Shown here piece by piece: positions 38,292-48,695 of a stretch of DNA of 64,000 nt (position 1 is its first letter; every line of letters begins with the position of its first letter). The notes under the pieces are model-generated. The model was not told the DNA's origin, searched no databases, and saw only the letters and a program-made list of their open reading frames with translations. This stretch comes from an uncultured archaeon (GTDB lineage Archaea; Asgardarchaeota; Thorarchaeia; Thorarchaeales; Thorarchaeaceae): the NCBI GenBank assembly GCA_964473825.1, contig CAYYQL010000010.1, positions 1 to 64,000 of the forward strand. Reading direction: 5' to 3'. A program made the position numbers and the translations under genes.

Positions 38292-40375
38292 AGATTCTGC
38301 GAGTATCCCTGAAGAACTTCAAACCTTTCCGTGACTTGGAGCTCCCTCCGCAGGGCGACTTACCAGACGGTCTGATTCTCGTTCGGGGACCGAATTCTAC
38401 AGGCAAATCGTCTCTCTTTGAGGGGATACTCTGGGGTCTCTGGGGACCAAATGCAGTTGACCCCACAAATGAAGAACTCATCAGTTTCGCATCTTCATTC
38501 TGCAATGCTGTCGTTGTCTTCGAAGTCGATGGGATACGATACAAGATTGACCGTTCATATGACCCCGCACAGGGCACATCTGCAGTACTCTATGTGGGGA
38601 AGAAGGATCTATGGAAGAAGATTGCGGACAAGGCCACATCGGTTGAAAGAAGCCTAGAAGACATTCTCAACTTGCAGCTGAATCAGGCACTGAATACACT
38701 CCTTGTCAGACAAGGGGAGGTCGCAAAGATTGCCACTGCGTCCGCATCAGACTTGAGAGAGCTTCTTGTCAAGGTGTACAATATCGAGCTTCTCGATCAG
38801 ATGTCCAAGCATCTTGACTACTTCGAGAATGACCTCTCAGCACGGATTCGCAGTCTGCAAGATGACTATCAGAAACCCGACCGGATTCTTGAGAAGATAG
38901 AGGGACTCAAGGAGAGGCTTGAAGAGCACAAGGAAAGGATGAAGGAAACTGAGGAATCTATGGAAGAGCTCGGGAAGCTGGTGGAGAGGGCTCCAGACGA
39001 AGAGATTCTCTCTGATATAGAGAACCTGTCGAAGACTGTAGAGCAGCACCGACGTGACTATGATCGTGCTCTCAGAGAGATGGAACGGGAGTTCGATGGG
39101 ACTGGCCTGTCGAGTACCGATGAAGATGAGATCGAGGGGAGAATCGAGTACTTGGAGTTGGAGCGAGACCGTCTGAAGGAGTTGAGGGACACCCTTGAGT
39201 CTGATATGTCTGCTATCAACCAGAAGATTGGTAGTATCCAAGGAATGATTGCAGATCTTAAGGAGAAGATTGCTCTCTTGAAGCGCCCCTCAGCTTCTGG
39301 TGATGACTCCGTATGTCCCACATGCTCAAAACCTCTCACTTCGGAAGAGCGCGACTCCCTGCTGGATGAATACAACACCCGAATCGCGAGCGGAACAGCT
39401 GATATTGAGCGTCTGAAGATCCAAAGGGACGAGAAACAGAAACGCATGAAAAAGTCTGATGATCGATTGGCAAAGGTCATTCGAACACTGGATACTATCG
39501 AACGGATTACTGACAGAAAGGCGCAGGTTGACTCCACCAAGTTCAAGCTCGAAGAACAAGAGATGAAGCTGAAAGAAACGATAAGCGGGTTAGAGGTCGA
39601 AGATTTGGACTTACTGATAGAATCCTTTGATGCGGATGACCTCTCTGACTTGAAGCGGAAGGTAGCAGTTCTGAGAACAAAAATCGATTCTCTTGTGCGG
39701 GAACAGAATCTGATTCAAGGTAACCTGCAGAAAGACACAGAAGAGATTGCTAATCTGGAACAAGAAGTCACCCGAATGAGGGAACTTGGCGCCCAGATCG
39801 AGTCATATCAGATGCTCGAAGAACATGCCAAGTATGTTCGACGAAAACTGGTCAGAGGGTTTGTTTCGGACTGGGTCTTCCAGAAGCGCCTCATTGGTAT
39901 CATCCGCACGGCCACCAATCAATATGTCCGCGCCTTCACGAACAACCAATATTCCTCAGTGGACCTTGAGCCTACACCTGCAAGGGGCCGTTCCGGTGCC
40001 GGCCTGCAACTCCTGATTCGGGATGAACGTGACAATGCCACCAAGAAGACCTCTCAGCTCAGTTTCGGCGACAGGACCGCCATAAGTCTAGGGCTTCGTC
40101 TGGGTATCAGTCGTACCATGAGTGGTATCCGCCCGCTGAAGGACACACCAATGACAGCTCCACGAGTACGGTCTGTGCTTCTGGATGAACCTCTCGGCGG
40201 CCTGGATCGGAATCGAAGGCTATCTGTTGTCAGGACCCTTGTGAATGACCAGAGTTTCGAACAGATATTCCTGATCACACACACTGACGTACAGGGATGG
40301 GAGGGAGTCCCAGTGATTGATATTGCCAAGAGCGGCGCTTCCAGTACTGCTACTCTGCAGATGAGCCCTGAGTGA
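38288..40375 (+). CDS. rad50: Rad50 SMC-like ATPase (probable CTG start)
   Basis: (M)KILRVSLKNFKPF, GPNSTGKS, CPTC zinc hook, LSFGD signature, LLDEP, ITH. Confidence 0.9.
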   Translation: MKILRVSLKNFKPFRDLELPPQGDLPDGLILVRGPNSTGKSSLFEGILWGLWGPNAVDPTNEELISFASSFCNAVVVFEVDGIRYKIDRSYDPAQGTSAVLYVGKKDLWKKIADKATSVERSLEDILNLQLNQALNTLLVRQGEVAKIATASASDLRELLVKVYNIELLDQMSKHLDYFENDLSARIRSLQDDYQKPDRILEKIEGLKERLEEHKERMKETEESMEELGKLVERAPDEEILSDIENLSKTVEQHRRDYDRALREMEREFDGTGLSSTDEDEIEGRIEYLELERDRLKELRDTLESDMSAINQKIGSIQGMIADLKEKIALLKRPSASGDDSVCPTCSKPLTSEERDSLLDEYNTRIASGTADIERLKIQRDEKQKRMKKSDDRLAKVIRTLDTIERITDRKAQVDSTKFKLEEQEMKLKETISGLEVEDLDLLIESFDADDLSDLKRKVAVLRTKIDSLVREQNLIQGNLQKDTEEIANLEQEVTRMRELGAQIESYQMLEEHAKYVRRKLVRGFVSDWVFQKRLIGIIRTATNQYVRAFTNNQYSSVDLEPTPARGRSGAGLQLLIRDERDNATKKTSQLSFGDRTAISLGLRLGISRTMSGIRPLKDTPMTAPRVRSVLLDEPLGGLDRNRRLSVVRTLVNDQSFEQIFLITHTDVQGWEGVPVIDIAKSGASSTATLQMSPE

Positions 40376-40403
40376 GTCTTCCGGATTGAAGACAAGTATA
40401 TGA

Positions 40404-42038
40404 GTGACTTCTACATCCTGCCACCCTATGGACTCTCGTCGCATCGGCAAGCGATTCCTTCGCTTCGTCTTCGAGTACTGGATACTTGCAGTTGTGCTGA
40501 TCATCGCGGCCTTCGTTTGGTCCATGGTGTTTGATGCTGCAGTAGCTGACTACTTCAGTACGAACAACTGGAATACAAGGGCTGTATGGAGAGGCGACGG
40601 AGTGTATGAGATATTTGGCTATACTGTTCAGTATCAACTCGAGGGTTACAGCGACTACTCATTCTTTTACGTTCATTGGGGTCACAATATGCTGAAAGGC
40701 GTGATGCCGTACTGCGATGAATTCGGACATCTTCTTCGTGACGGTATTCTCAACAAGAATGGTCTTTACATATTTCCGCCTTTCACTGCTTATCTGTACG
40801 GCCTGGGAACAGCTCTTCCCTTTGGAGACCTCGGTATCGCCTATCTCATCGTATCTCTTGGATACCTGACAGTGTTTCCGGTATATGGCCTAGCAAGAGA
40901 GTTCTCTGGGAATCGGCACGTTGGTGAGATTGCAGCCCTGACTTACTTGCTTAACCCGATGATTCTGTATCATATAGTATTCTCTTGGTTCAATCCTGCA
41001 CCCTTCATCTTTTTCTTTATGAGTGGCTTCTACTTCTTGGTCCGTGGCAAACGGCACCTTGGAACACTCTCGATTGTAGTAGCCGCGTTGTTTAAGCAGA
41101 CCGCGTGGTTCTTGGGAATTCCTCTTGTGGTCTATCTACTTCTCAGAGCGAGACCTGTTGTGTCTGAAACCTCCTCTGACACAGACACGGAAAGTCGTAA
41201 GATTGGTGATCTTCTGGTCAACGGCTTTCGAAAGGCTGTGAGCTATGTGGATCCCCGAGGATTTGCAATGAGCACAATCATGGTTCTTTCCTTTGTTCTC
41301 GCCGCGATGTTTCCGTTCTTGTTGGCACAGGAACACACACTACTCTTCATGAGCTTGGCTGCTGGAGGGTATCCCCTCGATTCTTTCACTGAAGTACCTA
41401 GTTACACCAGTCCGATGCGTCTGCAGGTCCTCCCGGTTGTTGCTGGATTGCCGGAGGTCGCTCAAATCATGGATATGCTTGTGTACAACAAGTTCCTGTT
41501 ATTAATTGGCACAGTTGTCTTTGCCGGTGTTATGCTTATGGAACCCAAGAGGTATGGTGACGAAAGACGATTCTTAAGACGGCTGCTGTATTTTGCAATG
41601 CTGTTGATGCTCTGGGTGAATCTAACTGGTCCTCGCGGTGTATACAAATACTACTTCACCCTGTTTGCACCCTTCTTTTCGATATTCTCATCGCGACGGA
41701 TGATAGAGAGCGATAGCTCGGGAACGGGCCCATCTCTCTCAATGCTGGTGTTGCCCTTTCTGCTGACTGCTGCAATTCTTCTTCCGAGTCGGACTGTTTA
41801 TCTCTTCGCCGTTTTTCTTATATTCGTGGGGTTTGTGTTGTCAGAGCAGGTCGGTCGGTTTTGTAGGATTGTGACAGTGCCAGTCCGTTACTTGTCCGGC
41901 GTCATCAGCAATCATACTCAACACAGATTTCAGTTCTTGCGGAGCAGATGGCGAGGTTTTGTGAAATGGTTATATCACAATGACTCGGTAGCAAATGGCA
42001 GGACCCCACAGAATGCGCCGAAAGAGATGGCTGTCTAG
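40404..42038 (+). CDS. GT-C fold membrane glycosyltransferase (GT87/PIG-M-like)
   Basis: Multi-TM; first luminal loop EGYSDY...PY...YIFPP; LLNP; KQ. Confidence 0.75.
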   Translation: MTSTSCHPMDSRRIGKRFLRFVFEYWILAVVLIIAAFVWSMVFDAAVADYFSTNNWNTRAVWRGDGVYEIFGYTVQYQLEGYSDYSFFYVHWGHNMLKGVMPYCDEFGHLLRDGILNKNGLYIFPPFTAYLYGLGTALPFGDLGIAYLIVSLGYLTVFPVYGLAREFSGNRHVGEIAALTYLLNPMILYHIVFSWFNPAPFIFFFMSGFYFLVRGKRHLGTLSIVVAALFKQTAWFLGIPLVVYLLLRARPVVSETSSDTDTESRKIGDLLVNGFRKAVSYVDPRGFAMSTIMVLSFVLAAMFPFLLAQEHTLLFMSLAAGGYPLDSFTEVPSYTSPMRLQVLPVVAGLPEVAQIMDMLVYNKFLLLIGTVVFAGVMLMEPKRYGDERRFLRRLLYFAMLLMLWVNLTGPRGVYKYYFTLFAPFFSIFSSRRMIESDSSGTGPSLSMLVLPFLLTAAILLPSRTVYLFAVFLIFVGFVLSEQVGRFCRIVTVPVRYLSGVISNHTQHRFQFLRSRWRGFVKWLYHNDSVANGRTPQNAPKEMAV

Positions 42039-42048
42039 AAAAGGGTAG

Positions 42049-43524
42049 ATGGGAAGAATGGAGCTGGTCCAGAAAGCAAGAGAACGACTGCGGGAGTACT
42101 GGTTACTCCTCTTTGTTCTCGTCGTGGGATGTATAGTCTGGTGGATCGTCTTCGACAGTGCATGCTCCACCTTTGGAGGTATCCGCCCCTATCAGGCTGT
42201 TTGGAATGGTGCCGGAGAGTTTCCGATCTTCGGTTATACAATCAAGTACAATTTTGAGGGATGGGCGGACTATGACTACTACTACATTAGCTGGGCCGAT
42301 CAGTTCCTCGATGGTTATCTTCCCTATACGGATGCTTTCAACCACCCGATTATAGATGGCACGGAGTATCACACTCCCTACTTCTTTCCTCCGCTCTATG
42401 TCTACCTCTGCGCGTTCGGAAGGTTGCTTCCCGTTCAACCCTGCGGTATTGGGCTGGTCATCACAGTCTTTGGCTTCCTGACAGCGTTTCCTATATACGG
42501 TATTGCTGAGTATCTATCCTCGAATCGCCGGGTGGCGGCCATATCAGTTGCCACCTACTTGTTGAACCCGCTCACGCTTTACTATGTTGCATTCGAGTGG
42601 CTGAACCCTGCTCCCTTTGTCTTCTTCTCCCTGCTCGGTTTCTTCCTGTTGATGCGAAAGAAACGGATTCCGGGGGTCTTGGCCATTGTCATGGCCGCTC
42701 TCTTGAAGCAGACTGCTTTTTTCTTCGGGCTTCCTCTGGTCGCCTATATCTTGAAGCGTGCTCCAGAAGAATCACCCCTACAGGACGAGACGTATGACGG
42801 GCGACCTCCAGGTGATGAACTGGATCTTGTGGGGTTTGGGAAGATAGCGCTTATGGTGATTGTCTTTGTCGGAGCAGTCTCTCTTCCTTATCTCCCGGAT
42901 ATCGGCAACTACTTTGAGTACATCTTCCAGCGTGCCGGAGCTACTCTCCTCCAAGACCTCACAGTCGTGCCGGCAAGTAACAGTCCAATCACACTGGCCG
43001 TTCCTTTCATAGCCCTAGAATTTCCTCCGTGGTTCATCCAGGGCATCAATCTGGTATCTTACTACTCGGTAGGTCTTGTGGCTGGTGTGATTCCTCTTCT
43101 CGCCTTGATGATGTTGAAAGAGAAGGATGACAGAACCCTAAGAGAATACTGGAGAACCATCTTCTATCTGACGCTCTTGCTGGTTCTATGGTTGCATATC
43201 TGGTCTCCCAGAGGTATCTACAAGTACTACACTGTGGCAATACTTCCATTCATCACTATACTGTCCTCCTCACGTATGTGCTCAGCGCGAACGGAGCCTG
43301 TTTCAATATCCCCCAGTATGGTGATCTTACCAATTGGTTGGAGTTTCTTAATTGTCCTCGCTGACCGTAACATCTACATCATCTATTTGGTCCTTACACT
43401 ACTGCTCTATCTTCTGTATAGAGTGGGAATTGGAAGGATCGTTTCCCGCTTACGAAGTGTGTTCTCACAACGGGTCATGTTGGTGCGTAGAGGGCTTGAA
43501 AGGCAGTCGGCTCTAGGTGGTTAG
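42049..43524 (+). CDS. GT-C fold glycosyltransferase, tandem paralog
   Basis: EGWADY...PY...YFFPP, WLNPAPF, KQTA and PRGIYKYY are shared with the upstream gene. Confidence 0.75.
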   Translation: MGRMELVQKARERLREYWLLLFVLVVGCIVWWIVFDSACSTFGGIRPYQAVWNGAGEFPIFGYTIKYNFEGWADYDYYYISWADQFLDGYLPYTDAFNHPIIDGTEYHTPYFFPPLYVYLCAFGRLLPVQPCGIGLVITVFGFLTAFPIYGIAEYLSSNRRVAAISVATYLLNPLTLYYVAFEWLNPAPFVFFSLLGFFLLMRKKRIPGVLAIVMAALLKQTAFFFGLPLVAYILKRAPEESPLQDETYDGRPPGDELDLVGFGKIALMVIVFVGAVSLPYLPDIGNYFEYIFQRAGATLLQDLTVVPASNSPITLAVPFIALEFPPWFIQGINLVSYYSVGLVAGVIPLLALMMLKEKDDRTLREYWRTIFYLTLLLVLWLHIWSPRGIYKYYTVAILPFITILSSSRMCSARTEPVSISPSMVILPIGWSFLIVLADRNIYIIYLVLTLLLYLLYRVGIGRIVSRLRSVFSQRVMLVRRGLERQSALGG

Positions 43525-44718
43525 TGTTCGGAGTTCATCCCTTTTCCCATCGAGCCTTTTTTCGAGCCTCTCCAGACGCGCTTCAAGTTTCTTGGATTGC
43601 TCCTCGTAGGTTTCTCTGGATATGGCTCCCGATTCATGTCTCTGAGCGACGTGATCTCGAAGCTGTGTCACCGACTTGACTTCTTTCTCAAGGGCCGATA
43701 TATCCCCCTCTAGATCAGCCACGATGTTCTCCTCTTCTGTCTTGAATTGTTTCGCAGGAATGATGAGACCGAGCTGATCTTGTGTCTTCTCTGCAAAGCT
43801 CTGGAATTGTTCCCGAAGGCGCGCGATGCTGGTGTCAGTGCCATCTATCTTCTCTTCGAGCCCTCTGATGTCTTTCTGGAGGTCGAAGACCGCATTGACC
43901 AGTCTCTTCATGGTCTTGTCTAGCTCTCCCTGAACGACCTCAGCAGTTTCTGAGTCCTCTCCCGCTTCGGTGGAACCAGATCTCTTCTCTTTCTCCTTCA
44001 TCAGTCGTTCATCTCCACAGAGCCATCTGAATGCACTAAGCGCGAATTTTCTATTTCCGTCGCCCTTCATCCCTCCTCCTCGTCTGAACACCTCATAGCT
44101 GCCCACGCAGACTACTCTGCCCTTCCCCTTCTCTGCAACTGCAATCACAGGTTGAGCTGGGGGATCTGCGGTAGCCGATGTAGTTCCCACAACTTTGGCC
44201 TTCCCTGATGTTTTCAATGTGCAGGCTGATGGAAGCAATAGACTGTCAACTCCCTCGGTAATGGGGTGGCCCTCAAAATCGGCAATGATTGGCATTGTGG
44301 GTAAGCCTGCATTCATTCGTTCATCTTTGACTGCTGTATTCTCGAACGTGATTCCAAAATTCTCCGAAAGCCTACTCAAGTTGTTCATGAGTCCCTTATC
44401 TCCGCCAGAGAGAGCCAGTAACATGAGACCCCCGCCGCCTTCGACATACGCCTTGAGCGCACCAATCTCATTGGCCCGTAGTTTCGAGCTGTTGGGGCAG
44501 CCAAAGACTATAGCGTCAGCATTCTCTATCTTGTTCTTGAGAATCATGAACTCAGTGTAGGCTTCCACATCATAGTCGTTGTCCTCCAGGAGGTGTGCCA
44601 ACTCAGAGTAAGTTGAATCGATTTTCCCTCTTTCATTCTGCGTTTGGTCGAAAAATACTTGCTTTCTTCGGCTCACTGAAGGCCCACCTGATGCAATCGT
44701 CGATTCATGGTGTGTCAA
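43513..44718 (-). CDS. GIFT (GldG/IFT52) domain protein with C-terminal coiled coil
   Basis: FFDQTQNE, IVFGCP, EIGALKAYVEGGGGL, FGITFENTAV, GRVVCVGS, NRKFALSAFRWL; no signal peptide. Confidence 0.75.
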   Translation of the reverse strand: MTHHESTIASGGPSVSRRKQVFFDQTQNERGKIDSTYSELAHLLEDNDYDVEAYTEFMILKNKIENADAIVFGCPNSSKLRANEIGALKAYVEGGGGLMLLALSGGDKGLMNNLSRLSENFGITFENTAVKDERMNAGLPTMPIIADFEGHPITEGVDSLLLPSACTLKTSGKAKVVGTTSATADPPAQPVIAVAEKGKGRVVCVGSYEVFRRGGGMKGDGNRKFALSAFRWLCGDERLMKEKEKRSGSTEAGEDSETAEVVQGELDKTMKRLVNAVFDLQKDIRGLEEKIDGTDTSIARLREQFQSFAEKTQDQLGLIIPAKQFKTEEENIVADLEGDISALEKEVKSVTQLRDHVAQRHESGAISRETYEEQSKKLEARLERLEKRLDGKRDELRTLTT

Positions 44719-44790
44719 ATGATTAATGAGACTTCCGCAGATATTATCGAGGCGCAGTCTTTATGTTGAGTCCATGATATTCAAGAGCCC

Positions 44791-45219
44791 ATGAACAACT
44801 CTGAAGATTGTATATTCTGCAAGATAGTTAGAGGAGAGATTCCCTCTTCTAAGATATTCGAGGATGAAATCTGCATGGCTTTCATGGATGTGTTCCCCGT
44901 TAGAGAGGGACACTCTCTGTTGATACCCAAGGAGCATTATCAAAACCTTCTTGATGTTGAAAAAGACGTAGCGGCTCACCTAGCCAGAAGACTGGTGGAT
45001 TTGACACGTAAGGTGAACAAGGTGATAGAACCGGATGGGATTCTGACTTCTGCCGCGAACGGGAAAGGCGCAGGTCAGGAGATACCCCATCTCCACTTCC
45101 ACGTGATTCCCCGTAATCACGGCGATGATTTTGGATTCCGTTTCCCTGAGGGCTACAGAAGCGAGATGGCTGATCGTGATCGCCTTGATAAAATCGCGTC
45201 AGAGATCAATAAGGCCTAG
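44791..45219 (+). CDS. HIT family hydrolase
   Basis: CIFCKI; AGQEIPHLHFHVIPR. Confidence 0.93.
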   Translation: MNNSEDCIFCKIVRGEIPSSKIFEDEICMAFMDVFPVREGHSLLIPKEHYQNLLDVEKDVAAHLARRLVDLTRKVNKVIEPDGILTSAANGKGAGQEIPHLHFHVIPRNHGDDFGFRFPEGYRSEMADRDRLDKIASEINKA

Positions 45220-45241
45220 ACGCCCAGCCTTGACATAGGTC

Positions 45242-45676
45242 TTAGATATCCAGAAGATTGAGTCCTGTCGCCTTGTCCTTGTCTCGGTAGATGTCCCCCT
45301 CTAGTTCAATAATAACAACTTCAATCGTGACCGAGACCACACATCCTTTCATGAGGTGGCCCCCATGACACTTGCCTTGCTCGTCCGCCACCACCATATG
45401 TGCGTGTACTGCCACTTCATCATTTCTTAATCGCGCGATGTTTCCAACGCAAGAGACAACCTCTAGGTCTTCATCGATTGAGAAATCCCGATACTCACCG
45501 GTGTGTCTGTCGAAGTAGCCTAGTGTTGCTTGTTTGATGGCTCCTATCAGGCTTATCTGTCCGCTTCTAATCCCATGTTCATCTGCCAATGCCTCAATGG
45601 ATTCGAGGATGTCCTCTCCGGGCATAAGGCGTGCGACTATTGTCCTTGCAGAATCTGTAACAGTTGATTTGACCAT
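45242..45676 (-). CDS. PPC/DUF296 domain protein
   Basis: EVVSCVGNI, HAH, GGHL. Confidence 0.9.
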   Translation of the reverse strand: MVKSTVTDSARTIVARLMPGEDILESIEALADEHGIRSGQISLIGAIKQATLGYFDRHTGEYRDFSIDEDLEVVSCVGNIARLRNDEVAVHAHMVVADEQGKCHGGHLMKGCVVSVTIEVVIIELEGDIYRDKDKATGLNLLDI

Positions 45677-45776
45677 ATGACCACTACCTCATTCCTTGTC
45701 TTCTTGTCCTCTCTCAGGATAGGAAGTGCTTATCAAGGCTACCTCCTCCACGAAAGACAGTGGGGTCTCATTTCGA

Positions 45777-48593
45777 ATGACCGAAGACAATCAGCCTTCT
45801 CTTGAAGACTACATGAGCTCTTCAGAACCTGAGAGTCAAGATAGGACAAGCCCTACAACTCGCGCAGGAAAAGACATACCTGCTCAGTCTGAGACCACCT
45901 CTGCAGCGGGGCGGTCCACAAGATCTCGTGCAACAATAGTCGACCTAGAGGACAGCCTCGAAGAAGAAGGTGTTGTTGATGAAGAGGAGTCTGCGGGGGA
46001 GTACGTCATTGGTGAACGTGATGTGCCACAAAATCTTCCCCCCTCCTTTTTACTATCAGTGGACTATGATGGACAGAAGGCGAAGGCCATTGCGCGGCTC
46101 TATCGCCCGGAAACGAAGGAGTTGTTCTTCTGGTTCGATGACACAGGTCACAAACCCTACTGCCTGACAGATTTTCCGCCGCAAGTTGCCCGGCAGAAAG
46201 CAGGAAGACACCCCGGCTTCTCTCAAACCGAAACGGTCGAGCTTCGGGACTTGCTTAGAGACAAGGAAGTTACTATGACCAAGGTTCTTGCAGAAGATCC
46301 TCTAAGCATCGGTGGTCGCCAAGGATCAATCAGGGAGTTGCTCAGCGAGAGAGTATCAACTGGTGACCCTTCCAATCCTTATGAGGAAGTGAGTCACGCT
46401 TGGGAGGCCAACATAAGATATCGCAATACGTACACCTACGACCGAGAGATTGTAGCCGGGCTGATGTACAAGGTTGAAGATGGACACCTCGTTCCATGTC
46501 CTCCAAAGCTGGACAAAGAAACGCTTGATGAGTTCAAAGAAACCCTCGATCCAGATGAAGGACTAGACCGAATAATCTCTACTTATGCGCCTATGTTCTT
46601 CACAGAGGTTCCGGATGTGAAACGGCTTGCCTTAGACATCGAGGTATACTCACCCGTGAAGAATCGTATTCCTGATGCGTCTACGGCTCCGTATCCTGTC
46701 ACTGCAGTTGGGCTATCAGACAATGACGGCTTCAACAAGTGCTTTGTTCTTGAGCGGAAAGGTCAGGAGATGGGCCAGAAGACATCTGATTATCCTGAAG
46801 AACTGGAACTCGTCTTCTATACAGATGAGAGAGAGATGATTCTTGAGGTCTTCAAACTAGTTGACCAGTATCCCATCGTTCTCACCTTTGTTGGAGATGC
46901 ATTCGACCTGAACTATCTCTATCATCGTGCCAAGAAGATTGGTATAGATATCCAGACACAGTGTCCAATATACTTGGGTCGTGAGGTTGCGCTTCTCAAG
47001 AGAGGTATTCACGTTGACCTTTACCGGTTTCTGAAGAACCCCTCTGTGCGAATCTATGCTCTCTCGGGGGCATATGAACGAAACAATCTGGAATCCATCG
47101 CTCAGGGGATACTGGGAATTGGAAAGCTTGAATTGAGTACTGAGATTTCCGACTTACCCTATTACGAACTAGCACACTATTGCTGGCTCGATGCCAATAT
47201 CACACTCCGAATTACAACTTTCAAGAACAACCTGCTCTTTCGCCTCATTGTGCTGCTCATGCGTATCTCACGACTCTCTATGGAGGATGTGACCCGACAG
47301 GGAATATCTTCATGGATTCAATCCCTGTTCAGACAGGAGCATCGGTCACGAAAGGCACTCATTCCCAAGCGTGACGACATCGAGTCGATGAAACCGTCTG
47401 AGGCTCATACTGAGGCGATGATAAAAGACAAGAGCTTCAAGGGTGCCATCGTGATTGAACCAGTTGCTGGTGTTCATTTCAATGCCACAGTTCTGGACTT
47501 TGCAAGTCTGTATCCCACCATCATGAAGCGGCACAACATAAGCTATGAGACCGTTGACTGCCCACACGAGAGCTGCCGGACTGCAACCGATAATCGTGTG
47601 CCTGAAACCGATCACTGGACTTGCAAGAAACGCACTGGGATGATCAGCGAAACGATAGGTTTCTTCAGAGATACCAGAGTGCGCTGGTTCAAGAGGAAGA
47701 GCAAGGACGGCTCCTTGGATGAGAGAACACGGGACTGGTACTCAGTTGTGGAGAAAGCACTAAAGGTCTTCGTCAACGCGGCCTACGGGGTCACAGGGGC
47801 TCAGCATTTCGAGCTCTTCTGTATGCCCGCTGCCGAGAGCGTGACAGCATATGGGCGACACGCAATCATCAGAACGAAAGAGAAAGCAGAGTCCATGGGT
47901 GTTCGGGTTCTCTATGGCGACACCGACTCTGTGTTTCTGGACAATCCGACCCTTGAACAACAAGCTGAGCTTGTCAAATGGTCCCAAGATGAACTGGGTA
48001 TAGACCTCGAGGTGGAGAAGACCTACAAATATGTTGCACTCTCCGATCGAAAGAAGAACTACATCGGCGTCTATGACTCGGGTTATGTTGAAGTCAAGGG
48101 TCTCAGTGGAAAGAAACGTAACACTCCCGACTTTGTGCAAGACGCCTTCAGAGAGATGCTCGATGTTTTGAGCCGTGTTGACAACAGAGAGGGATTCAAA
48201 GCAGCAAAAGACGAGATTCGTGAGATCGTCAATGTTGTTCTTGATAGGCTTGAAGGGAAGACTGAACCGTATAGTCCCGAAGACCTAGCCTTCCGGGTTC
48301 AGATGACCAAGGAGATAGCACAATATGGTAAGACGACACCACAGCATGTCCGTGCTGCAATCCAGCTTCGTGATGCAGGCTATGAGGTACCGTCGGGAAC
48401 TATTGTTGAATATATTAAGACTAAAGGTCCCGAGGGCGTCCTTCCCGTTGAATTGGCCGAGGAGGGGACCTATTTCATTGACAAGGACAAGTACATCGAC
48501 ACTCTGAGGTCAGTATTCGGTCAGGTTTTGGATTCTGTTGGTATCGACTTCGAGGAACTCATGGGATTCACCACACTTGACCAGTTCTTTTAG
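45777..48593 (+). CDS. polB: Family B DNA polymerase (B1-type)
   Basis: DIEV, GDAFD, YCWLDA, DFASLYP, KVFVNAAYG, YGDTDS, KKNY; C-terminal PIP box TTLDQFF. Confidence 0.95.
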   Translation: MTEDNQPSLEDYMSSSEPESQDRTSPTTRAGKDIPAQSETTSAAGRSTRSRATIVDLEDSLEEEGVVDEEESAGEYVIGERDVPQNLPPSFLLSVDYDGQKAKAIARLYRPETKELFFWFDDTGHKPYCLTDFPPQVARQKAGRHPGFSQTETVELRDLLRDKEVTMTKVLAEDPLSIGGRQGSIRELLSERVSTGDPSNPYEEVSHAWEANIRYRNTYTYDREIVAGLMYKVEDGHLVPCPPKLDKETLDEFKETLDPDEGLDRIISTYAPMFFTEVPDVKRLALDIEVYSPVKNRIPDASTAPYPVTAVGLSDNDGFNKCFVLERKGQEMGQKTSDYPEELELVFYTDEREMILEVFKLVDQYPIVLTFVGDAFDLNYLYHRAKKIGIDIQTQCPIYLGREVALLKRGIHVDLYRFLKNPSVRIYALSGAYERNNLESIAQGILGIGKLELSTEISDLPYYELAHYCWLDANITLRITTFKNNLLFRLIVLLMRISRLSMEDVTRQGISSWIQSLFRQEHRSRKALIPKRDDIESMKPSEAHTEAMIKDKSFKGAIVIEPVAGVHFNATVLDFASLYPTIMKRHNISYETVDCPHESCRTATDNRVPETDHWTCKKRTGMISETIGFFRDTRVRWFKRKSKDGSLDERTRDWYSVVEKALKVFVNAAYGVTGAQHFELFCMPAAESVTAYGRHAIIRTKEKAESMGVRVLYGDTDSVFLDNPTLEQQAELVKWSQDELGIDLEVEKTYKYVALSDRKKNYIGVYDSGYVEVKGLSGKKRNTPDFVQDAFREMLDVLSRVDNREGFKAAKDEIREIVNVVLDRLEGKTEPYSPEDLAFRVQMTKEIAQYGKTTPQHVRAAIQLRDAGYEVPSGTIVEYIKTKGPEGVLPVELAEEGTYFIDKDKYIDTLRSVFGQVLDSVGIDFEELMGFTTLDQFF

Positions 48594-48695
48594 CCTTCTT
48601 GAGCCTCTCTTTCTCGAACTAGTCCGACTAAGAAATTCTTATAGCCCACTCCAGACCTTGTGACAATCTGAGCCATAACCGAATGTGATATTCCG

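Noticed and set aside
33898-40375. nurA-herA-mre11-rad50 as a novel defence system
   Set aside because: This is the well-known archaeal DSB-resection operon.
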